64,000 nucleotides of DNA, from the NCBI RefSeq assembly GCF_006345805.1, contig NC_043009.1:70618001-70682000 (forward strand), written 5' to 3'. A program made the translations under genes and the position numbers. Shown one piece after another: positions 13,094-25,895 of the stretch (the stretch's first letter is position 1; each line of letters starts with the position of its first letter). The stretch comes from Octopus sinensis (Eukaryota). The notes under the pieces were generated by a model. It saw only the letters and a list, made by a program, of their open reading frames with translations. It did not search any database and was not told where the DNA came from.

Positions 13094-14368
13094 CGAGGGG
13101 CGTTCAATAAGTATTGCCTCTGACCCACTTGCCGTTGATCGATATAGCTGAGATTTTGCATGTGTAATTATTTATATCTCTATAGATTAAGTGCCAAATT
13201 ACAGCTCCGAACTAATAGTGGTTTCTGATTTACATGTGTTTGAAATGAGTCAAGTGGGAAATGGAGCCTGTTGAGTGTCGAGAAGTGATCCGGGTTTTGT
13301 ATTTGAAATGACGCACACCACAGGAGACTTTTGATGAAATGAAAATAACTTATGGTGATGATGCCCCATCATATGACCTTGTAAAACGCTGGCATCGTGA
13401 ATTCAAACATGGTCGGAACTCTGTGGAAACAGCTCCCAGATATGGTCGCCCCCTTCTGCCATTGATGAGGCATCTGTCTGTCAAGTTGAGGCTGCCATTT
13501 TGGAAGATGGACGCATAACTATTCGCCAAATAGCCCATGAGGTCAAGATTAGTACCGGGTCTGTGGAAACTATCATTCATGACCATTTGCATATGCAAAA
13601 GGTGTCTGCCAGAGGGATTCCCAGGTTGCTCACACTTTTCCTGAAGCAAGAACGCGTCGAGTGCTCGAGGATGAATTTAGGGATGTGCCAAGAAGATGAG
13701 TCAAATTTTTCAGAACACTGATTACACAGGATGAGACCTGGCTCCTTCACCATGATCCAGAGACCAAAGCCCAGTCAATGCAGTGGAAGCACCATGACTC
13801 ACCTCCTCCAAAGAAGGCAAGGGTGCAGCCCTCCGCTGGCAAGGTCATGCTCACAGTCTTCTGGGACCAGGACGGAGTAGTGATGACAGATTTCCTGGCA
13901 AAGGGTACCACAATTACAGGAGCCTATCATGCTTCACTTTTGAGGAAATTAAGAGAAGCTATCAAAACCAAGAGGCGGGGCAAGATCACCAAAGGCATCC
14001 TCCTCCTGCAGGACAACGCTCCGGTCCACAACTCGCGTGTCGCCAGATCAGAAGCACAGGCGTGCGGCTATGAACACTTCCCCCATCCCCCTACTCTCCT
14101 GACCTTGCACCCTCTGATTTTCACCTCTTCCCAGCCATGAAGTGGTTTGTGAAAGGACAGCGTTTCCCAGATGATGCAGCCTTGGAGGACCAAGCTGGGG
14201 TCTTCTATGAAAACGGTCTCCAGAGCTCTATCAAACGATGGTAGAAATGCGAAAAATGCAAAACTCTGGGTTGTTCCTATGCTGAAAACGACTAATACCT
14301 GTGCCAAGTTTCGTTGCTCTACTGCTATGGGAAGTGGGTCAGGGGCATTACTTATTGAACGCCCCTCG
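13094..14368 (+). mobile_element. Full-length mariner DNA transposon (DD34D, irritans-like), non-functional
   Basis: ~37-bp TIRs CGAGGGGCGTTCAATAAGTA(T/A)TGCC(T/C)CTGACCCACTT at both ends. TA TSD at 13092-13093 and 14369-14370. Length 1275 bp. Confidence 0.95.
13261..14250 (+). pseudogene. Mariner transposase pseudogene
   Basis: Starts MEPVECREVIRVLYLK*. Motifs KVSARGIPRLL (WVPRLL), ITQDETW, SAGKVMLTVFWD, LLQDNAPVH and YSPDLAPSDF lie across several frames. Confidence 0.92.
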
Positions 14369-14513
14369 TAAGTCCATCAAACTTAGCACGTTTTGTATTT
14401 TGTAGCGAAACGCTGACGATTCGTTCAAGGATGATCATAAAATTACATCAAAAGTATGTTTAATAATTTAAAGTTGATTTAACATGCCAAATACGTTTAG
14501 TGTGTATTATTAT

Positions 14514-14570
14514 TGTGGAAGCACATGGCCAAGTGGTTAGAGGAGCGGACTCGCGGTCGAGGGATCACGT
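14514..14570 (+). mobile_element. Truncated tRNA-derived SINE head
   Basis: GTGGAAGCACATGGCCAAGTGGTTAGAGGAGCGGACTCGCGGTCGAGGGATC has an A-box-like motif. No complete cloverleaf. Confidence 0.45.
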
Positions 14571-14766
14571 TTTTTCCTTCGTTCTTCAAATTTTCTTCCG
14601 TTTCTCGCCGAGTGTTTTCCATACACCTACGGCAGAGAAGCTCATTGTATGCATTCCCAGATTGCACGCGCAAATTCACAGATAAAATATGTATTTAAAA
14701 ATTAATAAATACATAAATTCATGAATGGATGTTGTTTTCACAGCGATAATGCTATCATTATTATTA

Positions 14767-14818
<52 letters not shown>

Positions 14819-14822
14819 CATT

Positions 14823-15381
14823 TTTGAGTGAGAGAGCGGTTCATGCCATCAAAGTGACACTGGGGTAAAATATACGAAGCCCAATATACCCATCATGACT
14901 ACCCGTCTGATAAGGGTACACCAGGCGCATGCATCACAACCATATGTGCGCGACATGGTGATCTCATATCAAGATAAACAGCACATGACCTTGCAGGTGG
15001 GGCCCAGTTAGAATTTTCTTCAGGTTGAGTGGCCTATCACGCTTAAAAGGTCCCTGAATAAGGGTTGTTGAAGGATGTTGAAAGAAATCCCCATGTTTCC
15101 AGAGGTAAATTATTCAAACCCCAAAGAATCCCTCTCAACACATGGCTATGATGCTCCCTCATTACGTCTGCTCGTGATCAGAGATGCACATATCATCAGC
15201 CACAAAGGGACATGCTCACCTGGTTAAGGTCAAACAACTGACAAGCAAATCTGTGGTATTGAGCAGAATATTTGCTGTAGCCCATCTTTTATACCAAGAC
15301 AAAACAATGTACATGATAACACTTCCAATCAGTTAAGATCAAAAGCCATGAGAGCCACTGCCTGGTACTGCATCAGGGCAT
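14823..15381. mobile_element. ~560-bp non-coding insertion bounded on both sides by (ATT)n; probable non-autonomous retroelement
   Basis: Sharp boundaries against (ATT)n at 14755-14822 and 15382-15465. Higher GC than the flanks, no ORF of 60 aa or more, no TIRs seen. Confidence 0.5.
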
Positions 15382-15402
15382 TTATTATTATTATTATTAT
15401 TA

Positions 15403-15465
<63 letters not shown>

Positions 15466-15467
<2 letters not shown>

Positions 15468-16273
15468 TAGTTTTATTTTTATAGCGTGCTTTCACTTCAC
15501 TACCGAGCACAGCTCTGTGTGCCTTGGGTATGTGCTGTGATTTGTTGTGATGCTCTGATGGTTATTGTATGGAAAGTGTTCTGCGTAGGATGTGTGCAGT
15601 GCCTAGTAGTACAATTTTCTGTATGTTGTATGTGTTTGTAAGTCCTGGTGTTTTTGTTATGTATTTGTCTGAATATTTTTTTATCATGCCTAATGCACCT
15701 ACTATGATAGGAATTGTTTCTGTTTTCAGATTCCACATTCTAGTTACCTCTATTTCCAGGTCTTTGTATTTTGAGAGTTTCTCCATTTCTTTTAGAGACA
15801 CGTTGTCATCAGCCGGTATTGATACATCAATTAGAAAGCATTTTTTTCTTCATGATCTCTGACAACTATATCTGGTCTGTTGGCCTTAATTTCTCTATCT
15901 GTGTGTATCGGCATATCCCAGAGTATGGTTGCTTTCTCGTTTTCTGTGACCTTTTCTGGTGTGTGCCTATACCATCTTTTTTCTGTTGTTATTCCATAAT
16001 GTTGGCATAGCTTCCAATGTATATAGGTTCCAACTCTATCATGTCTGTGAATATATTCTTTCTTAGCCAAGACTGGGCAGCTAGAGATAATATGATTTAT
16101 TGTTTCTTGTCCATCTCCACATATTCTGCAGTTACTTGTAATATTTCTTTTCATTACATGTTTTTGGTAATTTCTGGTGGGGAGGCTTTGGTCTTGTGCT
16201 GCAATTAAAAATCCCTCTGTTTCTGCTTTGAGTCCTGAGCTTCTCAACCATTGCTGGGATTTTTCTTTGTCTA

Positions 16274-16278
<5 letters not shown>
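15466..16278 (-). mobile_element. R4/Dong-like RLE retrotransposon, family A, 5'-truncated copy 1
   Basis: LKAETEGFLIAAQDQSL, CRICGDGQETINHIISSC, HRHDRVG, KANRPDIVV, EKLSKYKDL, PIIVGALG, LLGTAHILRRTLS*, then a short 3' UTR. (ATT)n on both sides. Confidence 0.92.
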
Positions 16279-16341
<63 letters not shown>

Positions 16342-16425
16342 GTTGTTGTTGTTGTTGTTTTTGTTGTTGTTGTTGTTGTTGTTATCATCATCATCATCAT
16401 CATCATCATTACTATTATTATAGTT

Positions 16426-17945
16426 ATTCTGAAAGACTCTTGGATAGGTTTTAATTATTGGTTATTCTTTACCTGAAAGCAAACAATAACAAATCCCCAA
16501 AGCTTTCAAGTAGTGCCTTCTCCTGTGACTCAAAGAGACAATACTCTCTTTAGAATACGAGCTGTACCCAACAATCTAGGTACTTATAGATGTTCTTTGA
16601 TATGATGCCCGTCATCAGCTTCCACATCAGTGGCAAACAAGATATTGGTTGGAAATTTCCAACCGCATTCACTTTATTTGGGTCCTTCTGATATAGAACC
16701 GTTCTTCGTTTTATCAAGCTGGCTACCCGCATGGTTCATGGTCTCAAGAATTTGTCTTATGATGAGAGACTGAAGACGCTCGACCTTTATTCTCTAGAAA
16801 AACGCCGCCGCCGTGGTGATCTCATTCTCGCTCACAACATCATAAGCGAAAAGCGTAACCTCTCGAAAGAGCTTTTCTTCACTCCTGCTCCAGAGCGTCG
16901 GCTGCGGGGTCATTCCGAAAAGCTCTATCTGCGACGATTTCATCTCAATCGAAGGAGAGGGACTTCCTCCGTCCGGGTTGCGGATCCGTGGAATAAGCTG
17001 CCAGACGAGATGGTGAAGATGCTGACGACCGCTTTGTTCAAAGTCTCCCTTGACCACAAGTGGCCTGAACTCTTTACATGAACACCACCCTGTACATAAC
17101 TCCATGTCCCCCTACATGGCCTTGCTTTTTGCTTTTTGAGCCAAAAAATTAACTAACTAACAGACAGGCACTTGGATGCTCCTACTCAGTAATTCGTCCA
17201 GCTGTCCCGCAATTCTCCTCTGAAGCGCTGTCACGTTTTTAAGCCAAAAGCCCTGACCCCCATCTGAGCCAGGTACTTTTCAGTTAGAAATTCTCCTGCA
17301 CTGTTCTCTAATCTTCTCCTTGGTTATTCTCAAATCCTCCTGGTGATAATCTCTACTCTTCTCTTTGAGTGTCCTTAACCACTATGCTTAAGTTTCGTTT
17401 TGTTTCTCTTGAGACCATATATTTGATCAGAATCATTTGCTTTCTTCAGCATCTGGCACGGCTTTTTCACCTTTTTCTCTCCCATTAAGTTCCTGATAGA
17501 CTCGTTTCTGATTTTATTCGAAAAGTCTGTTTAATCTGTACTGCTCAATTCTCTGTTCATATCTCTTTAGTTTATGTGCTTTAGCTTTCAACCTCGGTTT
17601 TAATTCCTCAATCACAACATTAACTCCCTTTCACCTCACACAATACTTCCTTTCTAGCTCAACATATTTCTCTCGCTGAACTTTTTTTCCGTTCCAGAAT
17701 ATTAATATGCTTTCTGATCCCGTTAATATACTGCGCTATTCTCTTTTTCCACCATGATTCCTTCAGGTTATGATGACATTTACCTTTGGCTTTCAAAGGT
17801 GATGTCTGTGATGTTGTCAGTCCTGATATCACCAGTGATGTCATTTATCTTCCTAACCCATTCGTTGAGTTTCTTTCAGTCTGTTTTTTTAAACCCCACA
17901 TTGAGTCTCTGTGCACCCGAGGACCAAATAGGAAGGATTTCATTT
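16426..17945 (-). mobile_element. R4/Dong-like element, family B, internally deleted and interrupted by a CR1 insertion
   Basis: RT N-terminal motifs ([37 protein letters not shown]) are joined directly to the C-terminal [14 protein letters not shown]. The 3' UTR is similar to 19993-20050. Confidence 0.8.
16716..17160 (+). mobile_element. CR1-type LINE 3' fragment nested in the Dong-like element
   Basis: [37 protein letters not shown]...RLRGHSEKL...WNKLP. Short 3' UTR ending in (ACTA)n. Confidence 0.9.
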
Positions 17946-18017
17946 AAAATCGATATTTGTTCCTCCGTTCTCTCATTGCTTTTATTATCGCGATTATTAT
18001 TATTATTATTATTATTA

Positions 18018-18063
<46 letters not shown>

Positions 18064-18092
18064 ATCATTATTATAATTGTTATTATTATTAT

Positions 18093-18612
18093 TAACTAGA
18101 AAGGGTATGGCCTGGTCAGCCTGTAACGACATGCATAAGATCTGGTCATCAAATCTAAGTAGAGACTTCAAACTTGAAATCTTCAAAGCCACAGTCGAAC
18201 CAATTCTACTATATGGCTCCGAAACCTGGACGTTATCAAAGAAGCTTGAGAGGCGGTTGGATGGAACCTACACTCGCCTCCTTATGAGAGCTCAAAATTT
18301 CTCGTGGAAGCGCCATCCAACCAAAGTACAAATATATGGGAAACTACCACCTGTGTCATCTCTTGTGAAAGGTAAGAGAGTCCAGTTTGCTGGAGATTGT
18401 TGTAGAGCTGAAAAAGAGGTAATTTCTACTCTTCTCCTCTGGAAGCCATCTACTCGCAATACCAGAGGGCGCGCATTCTCCTACCCTGATGTAATCTCCA
18501 GGGATGCAGGCATCCAGCAACAGGATCTCCGTAATGCCATGATGGACCGTGAAGTCTGGCGTAGCATGGTAAACTCCATTGTCTCGACCACGGTCGAACA
18601 ATGATGATGATG
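18093..18612 (+). mobile_element. RTE-clade LINE 3' fragment
   Basis: Open frame KLEIFKATVEPILLYGSETWTL...MMDREVWRSMV. The stop runs straight into a (TGA)n tail. Inserted in (ATT)n. Confidence 0.88.
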
Positions 18613-18621
18613 ATTATTATT

Positions 18622-19925
<1,304 letters not shown>

Positions 19926-19941
19926 TATCAGTTTTCCTTGC

Positions 19942-19992
<51 letters not shown>

Positions 19993-20480
19993 CTGAAAGA
20001 CTCTCGGATAGGTTTCGAGTAGTGCCATCTCTTGTGACTCAAAGAGACAACACTCTCCTTATAATGCAAGCTGCACTCAACAACTCTGTCTTCTGGATCG
20101 ACTCGAGCCTGACAGCAGCTCCAATATTTTTAATATGTTTTTTCAAAGCACTTGGGAACTGTTCCTAATCATCCAGTTACCACCGGTGTCATCATTACTT
20201 TCCTCATTCCCCATAACTTTCCTATCTGTTTCCTTACATTTCACCCTCGAATCCCCCGGTATTGCAACATCTATTATCTCTACTTCTTTATGGATGAGCA
20301 CGATATCTGGTCGTCTCGATTCATTGATTTGGTCGCACTGTATGTTATAATCCAAGAGCCTTTTTGCAATGTTCGCTTTCCATTACCCCCTCTGGCTTGT
20401 TTTCTTACCATTGATCGTCTCACTCTAGGTTTGCTTTACCTCACCGTTATTGTTATTATTCATATACACGCAACAGATTA
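19993..20480 (-). mobile_element. R4/Dong-like element, family B, 3' fragment
   Basis: DYNIQCDQINESRRPDIVL..IIDVAIPGD endonuclease motifs. 3' end similar to 16426-16570. Confidence 0.8.
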
Positions 20481-20509
20481 GACTTTTGGGAAAGAAAAAA
20501 TCTTAACTT

Positions 20510-20906
20510 CAGGGTTACAACGAGTACCTTTAGACACCAAGAACCCTACTATTGGGTTACAACAAGTAACCTTAGATATCAAGAACCCTCCTAAGTATCC
20601 TAGTTGCCCCCAATAACACTGTTTTCGGCAGCTGTACTAAACTGGGTTTTATGCCTATTTCCTCTATCCATCTGTTTAGATCTTTAGGAATAGATACCTA
20701 TTTCTTTACTACCCACAAGGGGCTTTAGGAATAGATACCGATGCACCTATAACTATTGGGATACATTTTACCCGCGCTCTCCATAGTCTCTGTAATTCAA
20801 TAGCTAGGTCCTGGTACTTCGCTATTCTTTCTATACTTCTCATATTGATTTTTTTCATCATTTGAGACTGTAAAGTGAATTATCTGGCACTTTTTAATCT
20901 CTTTAT

Positions 20907-20969
<63 letters not shown>

Positions 20970-22460
20970 TACTACTACTACTACTAAATGAGGCTTTGTA
21001 TCTTCTATTACTCTGTCGGTCTGAATGTTAAAGCCACACATCTTGTACTTCTTACTTTCTAGTACTTTATTAGGTTCATGTTCATACCATTTATCAATGT
21101 GTTCAAATCCTAGCTTTCTACATAACTCTCAAAGGATTACTCTCCTAGTTTGTCATGTCTTTTCTTTTATTCTTTCAGTACCAGCATGCTACATTCACTA
21201 ACTATATGAGTGACGTATACCTCTTTTGATTTGCATAATCTACATTGGAAATCTACTTTGTTTTTGTCTATTTAGGTTTTTATCCAATTAATCCTTAATG
21301 CCTGATCTTGTGCAGCTACTAACAAAAGTTCTCTCTCCCTTTTCAACTGTCCTTTCTGCTGCCATAAATATGTCTCACTACAACTATTTGCTGAAACTAT
21401 CTTTGAGAATCTACCATGTAATGACTTCTCCAATCAGTCAGATAATTTCTGTTCTTTTTTCTGGTTTTTAAATTCGTTTGGTTTCCCTATGTCTTGCTGT
21501 GACTCTAGCAGCTATTAATAAACTTTCTTCGCTATTAACTCTAGCTCAATCCACGTAGATTTCTACTTTCTACTTTCGTTTCTAAGTTGGTATAATCTTG
21601 CTACTCCTGCCCTTGAGTGGAGTGCTGTATTCCTATTGAATTCCTTCCTAGTTCTTCTGTCTATCTTTGCTTATTCAGTTTTTGTCCAATGTACAAAAGC
21701 TGTTGAGTATCTAAGTAATTATATTGCCCAAGTATTTATAGTCTTCACTAGATTCGCGCCATTTAGCTTTGACTTCCTTAGCTTCCCCATCCTTCTGATG
21801 TACTCCTTCTCAATTTTCGTTTTCTTTTCTGCAGTTAGTAGTCTGTCAGATTGTGATACTCCTAGATACTTATAACTCTCTCCCCCTTTCAAAGATTTTA
21901 ATATCTGGCCATCTGGTAAGTGGATGCATTCGCTGTTGACTAATATTATACACTTATCTATGCCAAATACATGCCTATATTTTTGCTGAAGAGTCTTACG
22001 GCCAGTTTTATTAAAACGTTTCGGATCATCTATGAAGAGCAAATGGTTAATTTTTCCTTTACAATTTCGGAACTGTTACTTTGCCTTACTAAATACTTCC
22101 TTAATACTAAACTGGGAGACAACCAGTACCCCTGGAAAATTCCTATTTTGGTATTAACCATCCCTATGAGTGTGTCCACCTAACTAGAGATCTACTTTCC
22201 ATTTCTTCATGATAAATCTAATTAATTCTCTTATCTCGTCTGTTATACTGAATATACTCAAACATTCACTTATCCATGAGTGTGCGATCATGTCATAGGC
22301 TTTCTTATAATCTATCCATGCTATTGCTAGATTTTTCTTTTTTTGCTTTTACTTCATTTAGAAATGGTTTGTCTATGTATAATAGATCATGCGTTGCTCT
22401 ATCCTTCTTCCTGCTACCTTTCTTTTCTTCTGGTAGTAAATTCTGGTTGTGAAGGCGCTC
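20510..22460 (-). mobile_element. R4/Dong-like element, family C, degraded RT plus endonuclease
   Basis: LLPEEKKG, AWIDYKKAYD, LFIDD, FGIDKC, YKYLGV, SKLNGANLVKTINTWAI, AAQDQALR and KTVLLGATRILRRVLDI*. Many disruptions. Confidence 0.85.
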
Positions 22461-22464
22461 GTAA

Positions 22465-22790
22465 ATGCGTTCTGAAAGGAATCTCACTAAACTCCCGAGT
22501 TCGATACGCACGCAGCCTTCCACACTTATCAGTCCCCTTCCTCCATTTGCTCTCTTCATGTATGGCCGACCAGTGTCTGCTGGGCTCCACGCAGCGTTTC
22601 AAGCTTTCTTGTTTTCCTGTCCAAACTGACCTTAACTCCGCCTCTGTCCACTTCCTTATTCTAACGCCATACCGAACTACTGCGACTGCGCACGAGTGTA
22701 TTACCGAAATTATGTTTCTGGAATTCAGCTTTGAAGCCAATATATTCCTCGCTCGCCGTAGATACTCTTAATTTGTCTTTTTCCTAATAA
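22465..22790 (-). mobile_element. R4/Dong-like RT C-terminal fragment (further family)
   Basis: SKLNSRNIISVIHSCAVAVVRYG...KWTEAEL and KRANGGRGLISVEGCVRIE. Confidence 0.75.
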
Positions 22791-22877
22791 TTATCATAAA
22801 CAAGGCGGTGGACTTCTGTCTAAATAATATAGTTTGTTGAGACTGATCGCTTATTTTCTGATGTCTGGAGAGCTTGC

Positions 22878-22919
22878 CTATTATTATTGCTATTATAATT
22901 ATTATCATTATTATTATTA

Positions 22920-23002
<83 letters not shown>
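22878..23002. repeat. (ATT)n microsatellite closing the Dong-like cluster
   Basis: Directly visible. Other tracts at 14755-14822, 15382-15465, 16279-16420, 17990-18092, 18613-18750 and 19945-19992. Confidence 0.95.
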
Positions 23003-23005
<3 letters not shown>

Positions 23006-23839
23006 CCATATCCGAGTTCTTCGTTTTCTCTTATTGTGATAGAATTTAATGTTTCATTATTTTCGATCTCTGATCATTGAGAGGAACCGTAAGGAAAACA
23101 TTGTTACAGGGTAAATTTGAATTACGGATCATTATTTTTAATCGAATGTCTTCATCTGCAGTGATGTGGTGAATCCACAAGATAATATCATTAATCAACA
23201 AAGGTTATGATTAGAAATTCAGCGTGAAATCAGTTTTATCTTCAAGATTAAGTATCGTCATAACTGTCAGAGATTAAACTATTTTATAAAGGGAAAGCTA
23301 ACCTGGCGGTTAACAAGCCGCAAAAATTTAGTTGTTAGAATTACAAATTGTCTTGGAAGTTTCAGCAAAACTACAATATCAAAAATCTGATATTTAAAAC
23401 CTGTTATTACTAGCACCATAAAACTTGATCACAAATATGACAACAGAATGAAGAGGAAACACTTTTGTGCCGAAGCTTTACAAAACACACCACGCCACCA
23501 AACTGAAATGTTTTTTGATGAATGCCAGGAACAAAAGATACAATAATCCAACTTCTGGTTGACAAATTGCAAATTACTCAGAAAACTAAAATTCATCTAG
23601 ATGCAAAAAAGTAAAGTAATTCTTGCTTGCAAAGTCAAAGAAGCTCCAACAGGAGAACAACGCAACATCATAGAATTCCAAGAAAATCCATTCGGAGCAT
23701 CTTTTCAAAAATAGCTATTTTTAACTCAATTTGAAATTATATCTCTGTTTTTTATTTTTTTTATTTACTACACTGGGGCTAATACTGGCGAAATTTCCTT
23801 TAAACGACAATTTCTAACAAAAGACGAGATCCTAGAAAT

Positions 23840-23947
23840 AATGATAATGATGACGACGACGATGACGATGGCAATGACGACGACGATGATGATGATGATG
23901 ATGACGACGACGATGATGATGATGATGATGATGATGATGACGACGAC

Positions 23948-23978
<31 letters not shown>
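23840..23978. repeat. (GAT/GAC)n microsatellite
   Basis: Directly visible. Confidence 0.95.
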
Positions 23979-23999
23979 GGAAGTTTTGCTTCTCGGCTT

Positions 24000-25328
24000 G
24001 CATAAGCTTACGTGCGTATTTTACAGTAGTGGTTCACACCCCAGTTCCATATGGCTCCTGGGGTCCATATGTCAACTATGAACAAGAACATTTTTTGTAC
24101 CATTTCACAAATTTTCTCACCGATTTGAGTCTTGAATCAATTACACTCGGTTTCATTATGGTATTACCGTTCGTATCTTGTTTCCTAGTGTCCTTCATAC
24201 TTGCAGAATGCATTGCGGATAACATGCAGACGTTTTTTTCTGGTCACGCCTCACTAGAGCGAGAAGGCAACTATTGGTGTGTCGGTACGCTTTCGAAGTT
24301 TAATCTTGTGACGATCGAGAGGCATGTTTTTACCTGTGTATCCCACAGACATTAGTCCTCCTCACCTGCAACTGCGAGAAGAGGTCTGGACTGGAAAACC
24401 AGTTGACCAAATAAATATTGTAGCCTTTGTAAAACAAGTTTTTTTATTCAGCGGCAACACAACATCAGTTGACGCTAGAGTAGATGTTGGAAGATCCAAT
24501 CTGTTCTGAACAGTGAAGATTTTGTAATTCCGCGTCTACCAACAGGCTCTGTCAGTTGACTGGCATACTTTAAAACCCTTGACTCCAAAGCAAGCATATT
24601 TGGTCGGGTTGTATTGTTTGAATCGGAGCCTTCCTTTGAATTTCTACAAACTCTCATCCGTACAAATGTCCTGTATAGGGACATAAACCATTCTGAAATT
24701 TTCAGCCACTTCATCAACGATAAGTACAGCCTGTCATTCTGGTTCTCACCTGAGTTGAAATGTAGATTTCGAAGAAGCGTTAAAAATCGATCATGTGGCA
24801 TCGTTTCCAGAAAGCTGTCGGCGTGGATGGATCCTGATTCCAATATGACACCAGGATCGGTTTCTTAACGATGCCCAGCAGTATCAGCAGAGCAATCAGA
24901 ACATTGATTTTGTCCCCTGCAGTTGGCAACCAATCCCCGCCAAGCCCGGGCCTGACATGCTGGCGATGGTTTTCAGCATAGCCATTCGTTTCGCCCGCTA
25001 TATATTGGAACATTTCATCCGTGAAAAGCTCGTGGAAGATTTCCAGTGGCGAACTTCCATGTTCAAGATTTGCCTTTATGCCAGGTGTACCAGTAAACCC
25101 ATGCAGTCGGAGGAAATTGTCTCTCGCTCGCCACACAACATTCTGTTGTCTAGGGCCATTCACTGCTGCCCACCTGTACGTTTGATTCACTGGAATATCA
25201 TCATCACCATCGAAATCATCTGATTCTGGACTAGGAACATACTCGCTCTCCGAGTCATCGTCCGAACAGAAAGAAACAACTGGTGAGGCGGTGGAGCTTG
25301 GCGAGACGTGCGTAAATTCGACGACCAT
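24000..25328 (-). pseudogene. piggyBac (PGBD4-like) transposase remnant
   Basis: Acidic N-terminus, FTGTPGI, SPLEIFHELFTDEM, LLILLGIVKKP..SYW, MPHDRFLTLLRNLHF, ICTDESL*KFKGRLRFKQYNP, GYNIYLVNWFSSPDLF, VCMLSAMH and KWYKK. Frameshifted. Element ends not resolved. Confidence 0.88.
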
Positions 25329-25353
25329 GACGACGAAGTTAACTGAGCCGGAG

Positions 25354-25895
25354 GCGAAGTTTTTTTCCCACGGGAGTTCCGAACCCCAATAATGAACTCA
25401 TTTGCAAGCAGCCAATCAGAGCTCACCTTGACATTGTGGTCAAATAAACAAACACACTCTCTTAAGTAAACTCAAGAAAAAGAATAGTGTTTAAGTCGAC
25501 CGATTGCCAAGTTATGCCTGGTTTTAGAAGGAGACAAGTAATTAGATTTGCATCTATACCTATTATCAGATTTTATTAGGGACTCATATGGTAAAGATGT
25601 AGATGATAAAAATGTTGGTAGAGAATGATGTGGGTAGCAACCCTCTCCCCTTAAAGCTTTACAAAGTAATCAATAACACAACTCCACAGAGGCAGCCATG
25701 GTTGGAACAAGAACAAGAACAACAAGCATTCTTAAAAGAGAAAAGAAGCATGATCATCCCTTACCCAAGTGACCTAATCTTATCCCCCATCACTTGTTAT
25801 GTGCTCATAAATTAGTTTGATAGTTGAGCTCTGATTGGCTGTATGCAAATGAGTTCATACCTGGAATCCGGAACTCTCGTGGGTAAAACATTCGC
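25354..25895. promoter_or_regulatory. Pair of ~72-bp inverted repeats with CCAAT box and octamer, upstream of the piggyBac ORF
   Basis: 25354-25425 is an imperfect reverse complement of 25825-25895. The right copy has CTGATTGGCT and ATGCAAAT. Regulatory function is inferred only. Confidence 0.45.

Noticed and set aside
14514-14590. Possible tRNA gene
   Set aside because: Only an A-box-like 5' half is present, with no T arm or acceptor stem. It fits a SINE head.
23799-25495. TTAA sites as piggyBac boundaries
   Set aside because: No matching TIRs adjacent to the TTAA sites, so the ends are left unresolved.
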